Made by a program: the position numbers and the translations under genes. Under the pieces are notes generated by a model, which saw nothing but the letters and a program-made list of their open reading frames with translations, was not told the DNA's origin and did not search any database. Below, in pieces: positions 10,302 to 18,840 of a stretch of 64,000 nt of DNA (within the stretch, counting starts at the first letter, position 1; every line of letters begins with the position of its first letter). The stretch covers positions 31,455 through 95,454 of the forward strand of contig CAKSNY010000005.1 of the NCBI GenBank assembly GCA_934476455.1, in the 5' to 3' direction. Origin of the DNA: an uncultured Clostridia bacterium. Lineage in GTDB: Bacteria > Bacillota > Clostridia > UMGS1883.

Positions 10302-11324
10302 TCAGACAAACCTGCTTAAAAACATAAGCGTTATTCCGTCTGAATACCCGGACTCAACAAATTTGATATTGTAATAGCCGGCAACATCCTGGCAGTCTGT
10401 ACCGCCGGAGGCGAATTTTGCCGCACCGTCATCGTAAAATTCCAGCGCTTCATTTATTTCCTTTGCCCAGCTTATATAGCTTTCATCTAAAATTTCCGCC
10501 TCGTTTCCTCTTATCGCTGCATAACCGAAAAGCTGTGACGCGGTAGACTCCTCGTAGCTGTCCTCTTGATCAACAAGTGTTCTGATCATACCTTTTTCTG
10601 TTTTAAGCGATTTTGCCTTTGCCATAACGGTTTTGAAAATACTTTTAAAATTATCAGGGCAATTTTCCGTTCCCAGTATATTAAAAATTTCTGAAAGGGC
10701 AGCTACTACCCAGCCGTTTCCCCTGCCCCAGTGTGCGCCGAGGCGTTTTTCCTCTATACAATGATATCCGTGGCTGAAAAGCTGTGCATCCGCGTCAAAA
10801 AGACATTCAAGGTGTATCTTAAACTGCTCTATACCGTCACGTAAAAGCTTTTCGTCACCTATCTCTTTTCCGTACGCAACCATAAACATTCCTGCCATAA
10901 AAACACTGTCTGCCCACAGCTGATTTTTATAATCTTCAAGACCGCCTCTGCTCCATACGTGTGCAAGGGCGCCGTTTGTTGTCTTAAGTGCAGCCTCCTT
11001 TGTCCACGCTGCATATGTATCACATATATCCTTATAAAAGCTGTCCTTCGTTTTTTTGTAAAGCGTAAGCGCTGCATAACACGGAATTACACAGTTTACA
11101 GAGCCGAAAATCTTTTTTTCATTGTTTCTTTTAAACCATGCCTTTAAAAAGGCGGCGTACTCCTCCTCTTTTGTCGCTTCATATGCTTTTGCAATACCTG
11201 CAAGGCAAACCCCCTGGCTCCATTCCCAGTAGTCAATAAATCTGCCTTTTTTTTCATCGTTTTCAATAATTGTACCAAGCAGTTTTTTCATATGTTCCCT
11301 TGCGGTATTTTTACTAATAAGCAT
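10302..11324 (-). CDS. GH105/GH88-type unsaturated uronyl hydrolase (YteR/YesR-like), cytoplasmic.
   Basis: 340 aa with no signal peptide. Family-typical motifs are present: YWEWSQGV, LWADSVFMAGMF, HWGRGNGWV. The RBS AAAGGGGGA lies upstream of ATG 11324. Confidence 0.8.
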   Translation of the reverse strand: MLISKNTAREHMKKLLGTIIENDEKKGRFIDYWEWSQGVCLAGIAKAYEATKEEEYAAFLKAWFKRNNEKKIFGSVNCVIPCYAALTLYKKTKDSFYKDICDTYAAWTKEAALKTTNGALAHVWSRGGLEDYKNQLWADSVFMAGMFMVAYGKEIGDEKLLRDGIEQFKIHLECLFDADAQLFSHGYHCIEEKRLGAHWGRGNGWVVAALSEIFNILGTENCPDNFKSIFKTVMAKAKSLKTEKGMIRTLVDQEDSYEESTASQLFGYAAIRGNEAEILDESYISWAKEINEALEFYDDGAAKFASGGTDCQDVAGYYNIKFVESGYSDGITLMFLSRFV

Positions 11325-11412
11325 ATTGCGGATCCCCCTTTAATTTTCGCCGCAAAAATATACGGCGCCATCCCATTATTTAATGTTATTTTACGGCTGC
11401 AAAAGCAAAAAA

Positions 11413-11445
11413 GTCAATAGACACTTTCTGTCAATTGGACAATTT
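11413..11445 (-). promoter_or_regulatory. Operator-like bipartite motif, copy 3, facing the GH105 operon.
   Basis: The minus strand reads AAATTGTCCAATTGACAGAAAGTGTCTATTGAC, which fits TGTCC-N13-TGTCTATTGAC. The 3' end forms a TTGACT -35-like hexamer, followed 18 nt later by TAAAAT. Confidence 0.55.
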
Positions 11446-11535
11446 ATAATGTCATTTACGGGCATACTTTTTTTAATTTTTACACAAATGGCTTTATAAC
11501 CGCTTTTTGCAGCTTTTTTCCTTTTAATTTTAGTT

Positions 11536-11570
11536 TTAATTGTCCAGTTGTGAAAATCTGTCTATTGAAA
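11536..11570 (+). promoter_or_regulatory. Operator-like bipartite motif, copy 4, facing the SBP gene.
   Basis: TTAATTGTCCAGTTGTGAAAATCTGTCTATTGAAA fits TGTCC-N13-TGTCTATTGAAA. It lies 55 nt upstream of ATG 11625. Confidence 0.55.
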
Positions 11571-11624
11571 ATAAATATAAAGTATGTTATCGTAAAATCA
11601 ACAAAACAAGGAGGTATAGAAAAA

Positions 11625-13211
11625 ATGAAATTCAAAAAAAGACTTGCTCTTCCTCTGGCTCTTGCACTGTTTCTTTGTGCGTGCACGGGCGGTGGCGGCA
11701 GTCCAAAAACTGCCCGGGGCGACACTGCGGCGCTTGGCGATTATCCTATCCAAAGCGATACCGAGCTTACCTATTGGGTTGCACTCAACGGAAACGTTGC
11801 GGCAACAGCTTCAAACCTTGGTGACACACCGTTTGCCAAAGAGCTTGAAAAGCAGACGGGTATAAAGGTAAAATATATACACCCTGCGTTAGGTCAGGAG
11901 AGTGAAGCCTTCAGCCTTATGGTTGCTTCAAACGAGCTGGCAGACATCGTGGAAGAAGCATGGAGCGTTGCTTTGGGAGGCCCTACCACTTCAATTGACG
12001 ACAAAATTATTGTTGAGCTTAACGAATATATGAAAGATTATGCACCTGCTTTTTATTCTTATTTAAAAGAAAATCCTGACATTGACAAAGCTGTAAAAAC
12101 CGATCAGGGACAATACTATGTTTTTCCGTTTATACGCGGCAATGACAAGCTTCTTATCTCCGCGGGACCCATAATCCGTAAGGATTGGCTTGATGAGCTC
12201 GGTATGGATATTCCCAAAACTTTAGAAGACTGGGAAAAGATGCTTATCCGTTTCCGCGACGAAAAGGGTGCAACCGCACCGCTTACCCTGCAAAAAAACC
12301 AGAAAAGTATGCTTTTTGCCCTTATGTCAACGACCTCTTACTTCTATAATGACGGCGGCACAATTAAGTACGGACCGCTGGAAGAAGAATATTATGAAGC
12401 ATTAAAGACGCTTAACCGCTGGTTTAAGGAAGGTCTTCTTGACAAAAACTACACAATGGTTGACAGTTCTATTCAAGACTCCAACATTCTTAACGGCAAG
12501 TCAGGCGCAACCTTCGGCAGCGGCGGAAGCGGGCTTGGAAAGTGGATGCAGACAATGAATGGCAAAGACAGCAAGTACGATCTTATCGGTGTTTCATATC
12601 CCTATATCGGAGATGTTCCTGCACAGTATATTCCCGTACAGCCACCGTGGGGCGGCTCAGGTGCGGCAATCACAACAGCCTGCAAAAACATTCCCATTGC
12701 TATGAAGTTTCTTGACTACTCTTATACAGAGGCAGGACATATTCTCAATAATTTCGGTATTGAGGGCAAAAGCTTCAACTATGTTGATGGTCAGCCAATT
12801 TATACTGATTACATTATGAAAAACAGTGAAGGACTTACGGTAAGTCAGGCAATGGGACAGTATAACCGTGCAAACTACCTCGGACCGTTCGTTCAGGATG
12901 TACGTTACATTGAACAATATTATGAAACAGACCGTCAGAAGGAGGCTCTTACAGCTTGGTTCAGCGGTCCAAAGGAATCTACAAGCAAGGCGCTTCCCTC
13001 GACAACCTTTACCCCCGGCGAAAACACAGAATTTTCTGCTATAGTTAACGAAGCGACAAAATACTGCACAGAGACAACTGCGGCATTCATTTCAGGCGCA
13101 AAATCACTTGATGAATATGATAAGTTCATTAAAGATTTGAAAGACCTTAAGATTGACCGTGCCATCGAGATTTATCAGACCGCGCTTAACCGTTACAACA
13201 ACAGAAAATAA
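11625..13211 (+). CDS. ABC transporter extracellular sugar-binding lipoprotein (large LplA/YtcQ-like family-1 SBP).
   Basis: The in-frame ATG at 11625 is preceded by AAGGAGG (11608-11614). The lipoprotein signal is MKFKKRLALPLALALFLCAC (lipobox LCAC). About 528 aa. The 11550 start in the ORF track is an upstream artefact. Confidence 0.88.
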   Translation: MKFKKRLALPLALALFLCACTGGGGSPKTARGDTAALGDYPIQSDTELTYWVALNGNVAATASNLGDTPFAKELEKQTGIKVKYIHPALGQESEAFSLMVASNELADIVEEAWSVALGGPTTSIDDKIIVELNEYMKDYAPAFYSYLKENPDIDKAVKTDQGQYYVFPFIRGNDKLLISAGPIIRKDWLDELGMDIPKTLEDWEKMLIRFRDEKGATAPLTLQKNQKSMLFALMSTTSYFYNDGGTIKYGPLEEEYYEALKTLNRWFKEGLLDKNYTMVDSSIQDSNILNGKSGATFGSGGSGLGKWMQTMNGKDSKYDLIGVSYPYIGDVPAQYIPVQPPWGGSGAAITTACKNIPIAMKFLDYSYTEAGHILNNFGIEGKSFNYVDGQPIYTDYIMKNSEGLTVSQAMGQYNRANYLGPFVQDVRYIEQYYETDRQKEALTAWFSGPKESTSKALPSTTFTPGENTEFSAIVNEATKYCTETTAAFISGAKSLDEYDKFIKDLKDLKIDRAIEIYQTALNRYNNRK

Positions 13212-13234
13212 ATATAAAGATAAAGATAAAAAAA

Positions 13235-13270
13235 CCTCCCGTAATCACAAAGATTTCGGGAGGTTTTTTG
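13235..13270. terminator. Bidirectional rho-independent terminator between the convergent SBP and regulator genes.
   Basis: Stem CCTCCCG (13235-13241) pairs with CGGGAGG (13257-13263). An A-run lies upstream and TTTTTT lies downstream. Confidence 0.8.
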
Positions 13271-13289
13271 TTATTGTGTTTATTTCTTC

Positions 13290-15533
13290 TTATTTCTTCA
13301 GGCTGCTTCTGTATGCACTTGGTGTTATGCCCTCATATTTTTTAAATATACGGTTAAATGTTCGTATATGCCCGTAGCCTACCTTCTGCGAAATTTCCAT
13401 AATTGTAAGAGAGGTATTTTCCATCATTTCTTTCGCCTTATGCACTCTGTAGTTATTTATATAGTCTACCATCGTTGTTGTACAGTTCTTTTTAAACAGC
13501 TTTGAAAGATATGCAGGATAAACATCAAAATGATCTCCGATTGAATTTATATTCAGGTTAATATCTTGATAATTCTCCTCTATATAGCGGCATACGGCAT
13601 CAAATTTTGCACTGTCATCAAGCTTATTTTTGGGAGCGCAGCTTTCGTTTGCAAGCTTAATAAGCTTTTGTTGCAGCTCGCCAAGCGTTGCCGATGACAG
13701 AAGCTCCTGCGCATTAAAGCTCTGCTTTCCCATCGTTTCGGGAACTTTTAATACTGCCGCCGAAAGATCAAACATCAGCATTTTAATATTTTCAAGAGAA
13801 AGCGTTTCATCCTTTTTTATACTCTCAAAAAGCTCGTTTATATAGGCTGCGGCATCCTCTTTCTCCCCCATTTGCAAAAGATTGATAAGCTTTTTTTCTT
13901 GTTCAAGGCTGAAATGGTGATCAGATACACTCGTTTTCTTAATTTCACCAAAAAACAGTGATTTTTCTATTGCCCTCATTCTTTTGTACTCCAGCGCATA
14001 CATAGCCTCACTGTATGCACTGCTGAGCATATTTGCACCGCTGTGAACACCCGACACACAAACTGTAAGTTTAAGCGCAAAGTGCTTTTTTATCATAGAA
14101 AGCCCATAATTTATTATTCTTTCAAAGAACTCTATATCTGCCGCTATATGACTTGCTACACATACAATATTATTTTCCACATTCACCACATATCCCGAGC
14201 TTTTTGCCGTAGTAAATATTTCCTCAAAAATATTGCCTATGATAAAGCGTACCTCAAGCTGCTTTTGCTCCTCGCTGAGATTTTCCTCCGGCAAAAATGC
14301 CGCAAACTCTTCCGGATTAAACGCAAAAACAACAATGCTGCCCGGATGCACTTTAATATCATATTCCTTAAATGCTTCCTCCATCTCACCGTGCGGCAAT
14401 GTCCCTTTAAGAATTTGCGCCAAAGCATTTGCGTGCAGACTTAATTTGTATTTTTCAGCAATAGTTTCTAAATTTTTGTTCTTTGTAAATGAATTTTCAA
14501 GTGAGGTTCTTATTTTTTTATACTCGTCTTCATAATCACTCAGTCCGCAAAGCTCCAAAAGCTCTTTAACGGGCTTGTAATCACGCCGCACGAAATACCA
14601 CGCCAGCGCTACGCCTATCAGGATACAAAACAGTATAACGCCTACCGAAACAAGCCTCATTTTAAATATTTCACGGTATAACAGATTTTTATGTCCCACG
14701 GTTACAAGCGTCATACTGATTGTATCATACGTAACACGGTTTACCTGCACAATATTATTTTTCTTTTTCTCCCTTTTTAAAAGCTCTTCCATGCTCCGCG
14801 GTAAATTTTTCTCAGATGCGTCTGCTTCAAGAAGGCCGCCGTTACTTGTAAAAAGATAAATATCACAATCCGTAAGCCATCTGTTATCGGGAATACGTTT
14901 AAAAAAGTCGCTCTTTTTAACAATAACGGAAAAAGATATATTTCCGTAGCGGTGCAGAATATTTTGCGGAAAAGCCATATGGTATGTCATCATTTCGGAA
15001 GGCGTCACACTGCCCACATCCTTAGCGCCGTCAGAAATACTGTAAGTACTGTCTTTTACAAAATGGCTTTTTTTCCACTGCTCATAAGAAATAATATTGC
15101 TGTCAAAATATGTTTCATAGTAAAACTTACTGTCATAAACTCCGTTTTCTGCAATAACCATATCTGTTGCCGGCTGGTAAATATATGCGCGTTCATAATT
15201 ATCGCGGTATATTCTGCTTTCTCCAAACCAGTCTAAAAAGTTTTGCGCCCCTTGTGAATAGATTATTTTATCCTTAGGTACAGATAGGATTTTTTCAAGG
15301 TCATCGTGAAAGGCAACCTCGGCATAATACTTCCTTATACTGACTAAAACATCTTTTACATTATCTGCCGCTATGCTTGTAACCAAATCATTGTTTTCCT
15401 TAAGCTGCTCCGTCATTTTATCGGAATACCCGTCCGTAAGCGTAAGCGAAGATACAATGGGAACAAGCAGTATAATGGCATATGATAAAATCCAAGTTAC
15501 TATTAGTTTTGGTTTTTTCTTGATAAATTTCAT
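13290..15533 (-). CDS. Membrane-spanning AraC-family one-component regulator (YesS-like): TM, extracytoplasmic sensor, TM, cytoplasmic linker, AraC HTH.
   Basis: The C-terminal AraC HTH is YQDINLNINSIGDHFDVYPAYLSKLFKK...YRVHKAKEMMENTSLTIMEISQKVGYGHIRTFNRIFKKYEGITPSAYR. Hydrophobic segments are LIVTWILSYAIILLVPIVSSL and LVSVGVILFCILIGVALAWYFV. The ATG at 15533 is preferred over the GTG at 15539. Confidence 0.85.
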   Translation of the reverse strand: MKFIKKKPKLIVTWILSYAIILLVPIVSSLTLTDGYSDKMTEQLKENNDLVTSIAADNVKDVLVSIRKYYAEVAFHDDLEKILSVPKDKIIYSQGAQNFLDWFGESRIYRDNYERAYIYQPATDMVIAENGVYDSKFYYETYFDSNIISYEQWKKSHFVKDSTYSISDGAKDVGSVTPSEMMTYHMAFPQNILHRYGNISFSVIVKKSDFFKRIPDNRWLTDCDIYLFTSNGGLLEADASEKNLPRSMEELLKREKKKNNIVQVNRVTYDTISMTLVTVGHKNLLYREIFKMRLVSVGVILFCILIGVALAWYFVRRDYKPVKELLELCGLSDYEDEYKKIRTSLENSFTKNKNLETIAEKYKLSLHANALAQILKGTLPHGEMEEAFKEYDIKVHPGSIVVFAFNPEEFAAFLPEENLSEEQKQLEVRFIIGNIFEEIFTTAKSSGYVVNVENNIVCVASHIAADIEFFERIINYGLSMIKKHFALKLTVCVSGVHSGANMLSSAYSEAMYALEYKRMRAIEKSLFFGEIKKTSVSDHHFSLEQEKKLINLLQMGEKEDAAAYINELFESIKKDETLSLENIKMLMFDLSAAVLKVPETMGKQSFNAQELLSSATLGELQQKLIKLANESCAPKNKLDDSAKFDAVCRYIEENYQDINLNINSIGDHFDVYPAYLSKLFKKNCTTTMVDYINNYRVHKAKEMMENTSLTIMEISQKVGYGHIRTFNRIFKKYEGITPSAYRSSLKK

Positions 15534-15587
15534 ACCCACACCCCACTGCTGCTATTATAAAAGAAAAAACGGATTTTGTAAAGGTGT

Positions 15588-15628
15588 TTCCATTTATTGT
15601 CCTGTGTTCCCTTTGTTGTCTATTTACA
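15588..15628 (+). promoter_or_regulatory. Operator-like bipartite motif, copy 1, overlapping the -35 of the permease operon promoter.
   Basis: TTCCATTTATTGTCCTGTGTTCCCTTTGTTGTCTATTTACA. TTTACA (15623-15628), then N16, then TACAAT (15645-15650). Confidence 0.65.
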
Positions 15629-15677
15629 ATAAAGTATTTTATGCTACAATAAATCTATCAAGGTTAGGAGGATTTGT

Positions 15678-16553
15678 ATGAAATCGAAAATCAAAACATT
15701 TGATATGATTAACATTTTAATTATGTTAATTCTGGTTCCAATTATGCTCTATCCCATATGGCATGTAATTATGGCTTCATTTTCGGAAAGCTCGCTTCTT
15801 ACGGGGCATACGGGACTTATATTAAAGCCGCAAGGGTTTAGTGTTGATTCGTACAGGCTTATGGTTAAAAACCCAATGATTTTTAAGGGTTATCTTAACA
15901 CAATCTTCATTGTTGTAGTGGGCGTAACGCTTAATGTAGCTTTCACGGCGCTTGGTGCATACTGTCTTTCAAGAAAGGGCCTTTACTGGCAAAAACACAT
16001 TATGATGATTATGGTTTTTACGATGTATTTTTCCGGCGGCCTTATTCCCCGTTACCTTATGATTACACAAAGCTATCACATGACAAACTCGTATTGGTCA
16101 TTGATTCTCCCCGGACTTATCAGTACATATAACCTTATTATTATGCGCACCTCCTTTGCGGCACTTCCCGACAGCCTCGAGGAATCAGCGAAGCTTGATG
16201 GTGCAGGCGCAATCAGAATTCTTGTAAGCATAGTAATACCGCTCTCAATGCCGGTTATCGCTGTTATGATACTCTATTACGCGGTGGGACACTGGAATGC
16301 GTGGTTTGATGCAAGTATTTATATCAAAGAACGTGAAAAGTTCCCGCTTCAGCTTATACTTCGTGAAATACTTATTATAAATGATACAAACAGTATGACA
16401 CAGGGCAGCGGTGATGCCTCTGATCAGATGGCAATCGGCGAAACCGTAAAATATGCAGTTATTGTTGTTTCTACACTGCCTATTTTATGCGTCTATCCGT
16501 TTTTACAAAAATATTTCCAAAAGGGCGTTATGATAGGCGCGGTTAAGGGTTAA
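15678..16553 (+). CDS. Carbohydrate ABC transporter permease (LplC/YtcP-like).
   Basis: 291 aa and multi-TM. It carries an EAA-type loop, LEESAKLDGAGAIRILVSIVIPLS. The RBS AGGAGG lies upstream. Confidence 0.9.
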   Translation: MKSKIKTFDMINILIMLILVPIMLYPIWHVIMASFSESSLLTGHTGLILKPQGFSVDSYRLMVKNPMIFKGYLNTIFIVVVGVTLNVAFTALGAYCLSRKGLYWQKHIMMIMVFTMYFSGGLIPRYLMITQSYHMTNSYWSLILPGLISTYNLIIMRTSFAALPDSLEESAKLDGAGAIRILVSIVIPLSMPVIAVMILYYAVGHWNAWFDASIYIKEREKFPLQLILREILIINDTNSMTQGSGDASDQMAIGETVKYAVIVVSTLPILCVYPFLQKYFQKGVMIGAVKG

Positions 16554-16566
16554 GGGAGGAATACCA

Positions 16567-17514
16567 ATGCAGAAAATTAAAAAACGGAATGATATATATA
16601 AGGAAAGCTGGTTTACAACCGTTTCCAAGGATTTTAAGCGTAATCGTACAATTTATTTGTTACTTATACCCGTACTTCTATACTACATTATGTTTCATTA
16701 TGCACCGATGTACGGCTCTGTAATAGCATTTCAGAATTTCAAGCCCCAAAAAGGAATTTTGGGAAGTGATTTTGTAGGCTTGATGCACTTTAAAAATTTC
16801 TTCAACAGCCCGTTTTTCGGAAGAATTCTTTTTAATACACTGAGAATCAGTTTTGCTTCAATTATATTTGGTTTTCCCGCACCGATTATCCTTGCACTGC
16901 TGCTTAACGAGCTGAAATTTCCCCGTTTTGCTAAAGTAGTGCAAAATATTACGTATATGCCGCACTTTATTTCTCTGGTTGTTATTTGCAGCCTTATACG
17001 CGAATTTACGCTTGATACGGGTGTTATAAACTACATACTGGGCTTTTTTGGGTTTACGCCGACATCGCTTCTTAATTTCCCGCAATACTTTACCACAGTT
17101 TACGTTGCATCGGGAATATGGCAGGAAATCGGCTGGGGGTCTATAATTTATCTTGCGGCGCTTTCAGGTCTTGACCCTGCTCTTTACGAGGCTGCAACAA
17201 TTGACGGTGCAAACAGATTTGACCAGATGCTTCACGTTACACTTCCCGGTATATTGCCAACAATTATAATTATGCTTATATTAAAGCTCGGTCAGGTTTT
17301 AAGTGTCGGTTATGAAAAAATTATTCTTCTTTATAACGATAACACAATGAGTGTTGCAGATGTTATCTCAACTTATGTTTATGCAAAAGGACTTTTAGAC
17401 CTTGACTGGAGCTTCAGTTCTGCAGTCGGGCTCTTTAACTCAATAATCAATTTCCTTTTCCTGAACGCAGCAAACTTTATCAGCAAAAAGACAAGCGAAT
17501 ACAGCTTGTGGTAA
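16567..17514 (+). CDS. Carbohydrate ABC transporter permease (LplB/YteP-like).
   Basis: 315 aa and multi-TM. The EAA loop is YEAATIDGANRFDQMLHVTLPGI. The RBS GGGAGGA lies upstream. Confidence 0.9.
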   Translation: MQKIKKRNDIYKESWFTTVSKDFKRNRTIYLLLIPVLLYYIMFHYAPMYGSVIAFQNFKPQKGILGSDFVGLMHFKNFFNSPFFGRILFNTLRISFASIIFGFPAPIILALLLNELKFPRFAKVVQNITYMPHFISLVVICSLIREFTLDTGVINYILGFFGFTPTSLLNFPQYFTTVYVASGIWQEIGWGSIIYLAALSGLDPALYEAATIDGANRFDQMLHVTLPGILPTIIIMLILKLGQVLSVGYEKIILLYNDNTMSVADVISTYVYAKGLLDLDWSFSSAVGLFNSIINFLFLNAANFISKKTSEYSLW

Positions 17515-17527
17515 AAAAATGGGGGGT

Positions 17528-17555
17528 TGTAGCAAAATGGAATCATTTTGCTACA
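17528..17555 (+). terminator. Hairpin downstream of the permease operon.
   Basis: A 12-bp stem: TGTAGCAAAATG, loop GAAT, CATTTTGCTACA. The trailing T-tract is weak (CCACCTTTATTT). Confidence 0.45.
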
Positions 17556-17625
17556 CCACCTTTATTTGGTGTATTTAGACGTGGAAATAGCCCCCCTGCT
17601 TTGCGTAATACAAGGCAGGGGGTTA

Positions 17626-17937
17626 TTAGTATAAAAAGGAAGGAAATGTCACTATTTTGTTTCCTCTGTTGATATTAAGCACTTTCGCAATAGGACCAAG
17701 TTCGTGGGTAGGGTAATTGTCACAGTTTCTGTTGAGATAGTTTCTAAGCCTGTAATGACGATTTTCTATTCCGCCTGCAATTTCATCACAAAGATAATGA
17801 TTATCCCCTCCGCTGCAGTGAACAACTTATCCAAATATCACCGTACGTGCCATATTGAGAGCTGTCAACTCCTTCTGCCCATAACAGCAATTCTCAAGCA
17901 TCAGTATTCCGCGCTGTCCCATACCTATACATCCTAA
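17626..17937 (-). pseudogene. Internal fragment of a Gfo/Idh/MocA-family (GH109-like / YteT-like) oxidoreductase gene with an in-frame stop.
   Basis: The minus-strand translation is LGCIGMGQRGILMLENCCYGQKELTALNMARTVIFG*VVHCSGGDNHYLCDEIAGGIENRHYRLRNYLNRNCDNYPTHELGPIAKVLNINRGNKIVTFPSFLY*. The motifs MLENCCYG..EL..LNM and YPTHxLGP...NINRGN are typical of this family. The TAA at 17827-17829 interrupts the frame. Only about 100 of roughly 450 aa are present. Confidence 0.55.
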
Positions 17938-17978
17938 TCAAATTTTGCTCATTATAAACTACCCCTCTCATTTTAACT

Positions 17979-18839
17979 TTAAATTTTAAAAAGTATAAGA
18001 GCCAAAGTCGCAATTATAACACCTATAATCTGTTTTTTATTAAACTTCTCTTTAAATATAAACAATGATATTAAAAACGTAATCAGGTTCGTAATGCCGG
18101 CACTTACCGGTGAAACTATACTGATAGGCATCATCATATTTACTATTAATCCAAGCCAATTAGTAACACCGTTTGAAATTCCCGATAAGGCAGCATATAC
18201 TCCTCCGTTTTTCATAATATACAGTATATTTCCTCTATCTTTTATAAGACCTATTTCAATCAGGGATACTGCGGAAAAGGCCAATGTAATAATCATAAAT
18301 TCATTTGAATACATATCATTGAATTTAACTTGCTGCATTTTCATCAATATTCCTAAAAATCCTGACGCAAACAGACTGATAATTATAGCCGCACACCATA
18401 AAGGAGTAATTGCTTTCTTTGCACTTTCAGTGCTATTTTCAGATTTTATAAGGTATATGGAAATGAGCATCAGAATAATACCTATATATGTAAAAGCAGA
18501 AACGGGATCATTCAAAAATACAATGCCGTACACTATTGAAAACATGAGGGAATATGAAAGAATCAGCATGGTAAGGGCAAACGAACCACATCCCAATGCT
18601 ATATAAGTGAAAATTGATGCGCTGCTGTAGCAAATACCGCCCAATATACCGTAAGGAACAATGCCCCCTGTAAAATTAATCCCATTAGTGTCTGAAATCA
18701 CAAAGAACAACATTGAAAACAATGATACAATACCTGTAAAAAGGAATCCACCCTCAGAATATTTTGAATTATACTTTTTTATAAGTGTGCCTTCAACCAT
18801 ATGCACCATGGTTTTTAGAATGATAAGCAAAACAGCCAT
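17979..18839 (-). CDS. EamA/DMT-superfamily membrane transporter (about 10 TM).
   Basis: 286 aa and almost entirely hydrophobic, with an internally duplicated 5-TM layout. Its ATG lies 1 nt after the stop of the upstream GH-like gene. The RBS GGAGGAAG sits inside that gene's 3' end. Confidence 0.7.
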   Translation of the reverse strand: MAVLLIILKTMVHMVEGTLIKKYNSKYSEGGFLFTGIVSLFSMLFFVISDTNGINFTGGIVPYGILGGICYSSASIFTYIALGCGSFALTMLILSYSLMFSIVYGIVFLNDPVSAFTYIGIILMLISIYLIKSENSTESAKKAITPLWCAAIIISLFASGFLGILMKMQQVKFNDMYSNEFMIITLAFSAVSLIEIGLIKDRGNILYIMKNGGVYAALSGISNGVTNWLGLIVNMMMPISIVSPVSAGITNLITFLISLFIFKEKFNKKQIIGVIIATLALILFKI

Positions 18840-18840
18840 T

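Noticed and set aside
11550-11624. Upstream extensions of ORF-track starts. Examples: 11550 for the SBP, 50038 for the permease, 56933 for the giant, 42054 for the GHL6-like gene, 35622 for ptsH and 35300 for the MBL gene.
   Set aside because: Internal starts with good Shine-Dalgarno spacing give proper signal peptides or lipoboxes, or canonical N-termini. They also remove overlaps with upstream genes.
17591-17622. A CCCCCTGC...GCAGGGGG hairpin considered as a functional terminator.
   Set aside because: The stem is imperfect, the loop is 16 nt and there is no T-tract on either strand. It is probably a leftover associated with the decayed oxidoreductase gene.
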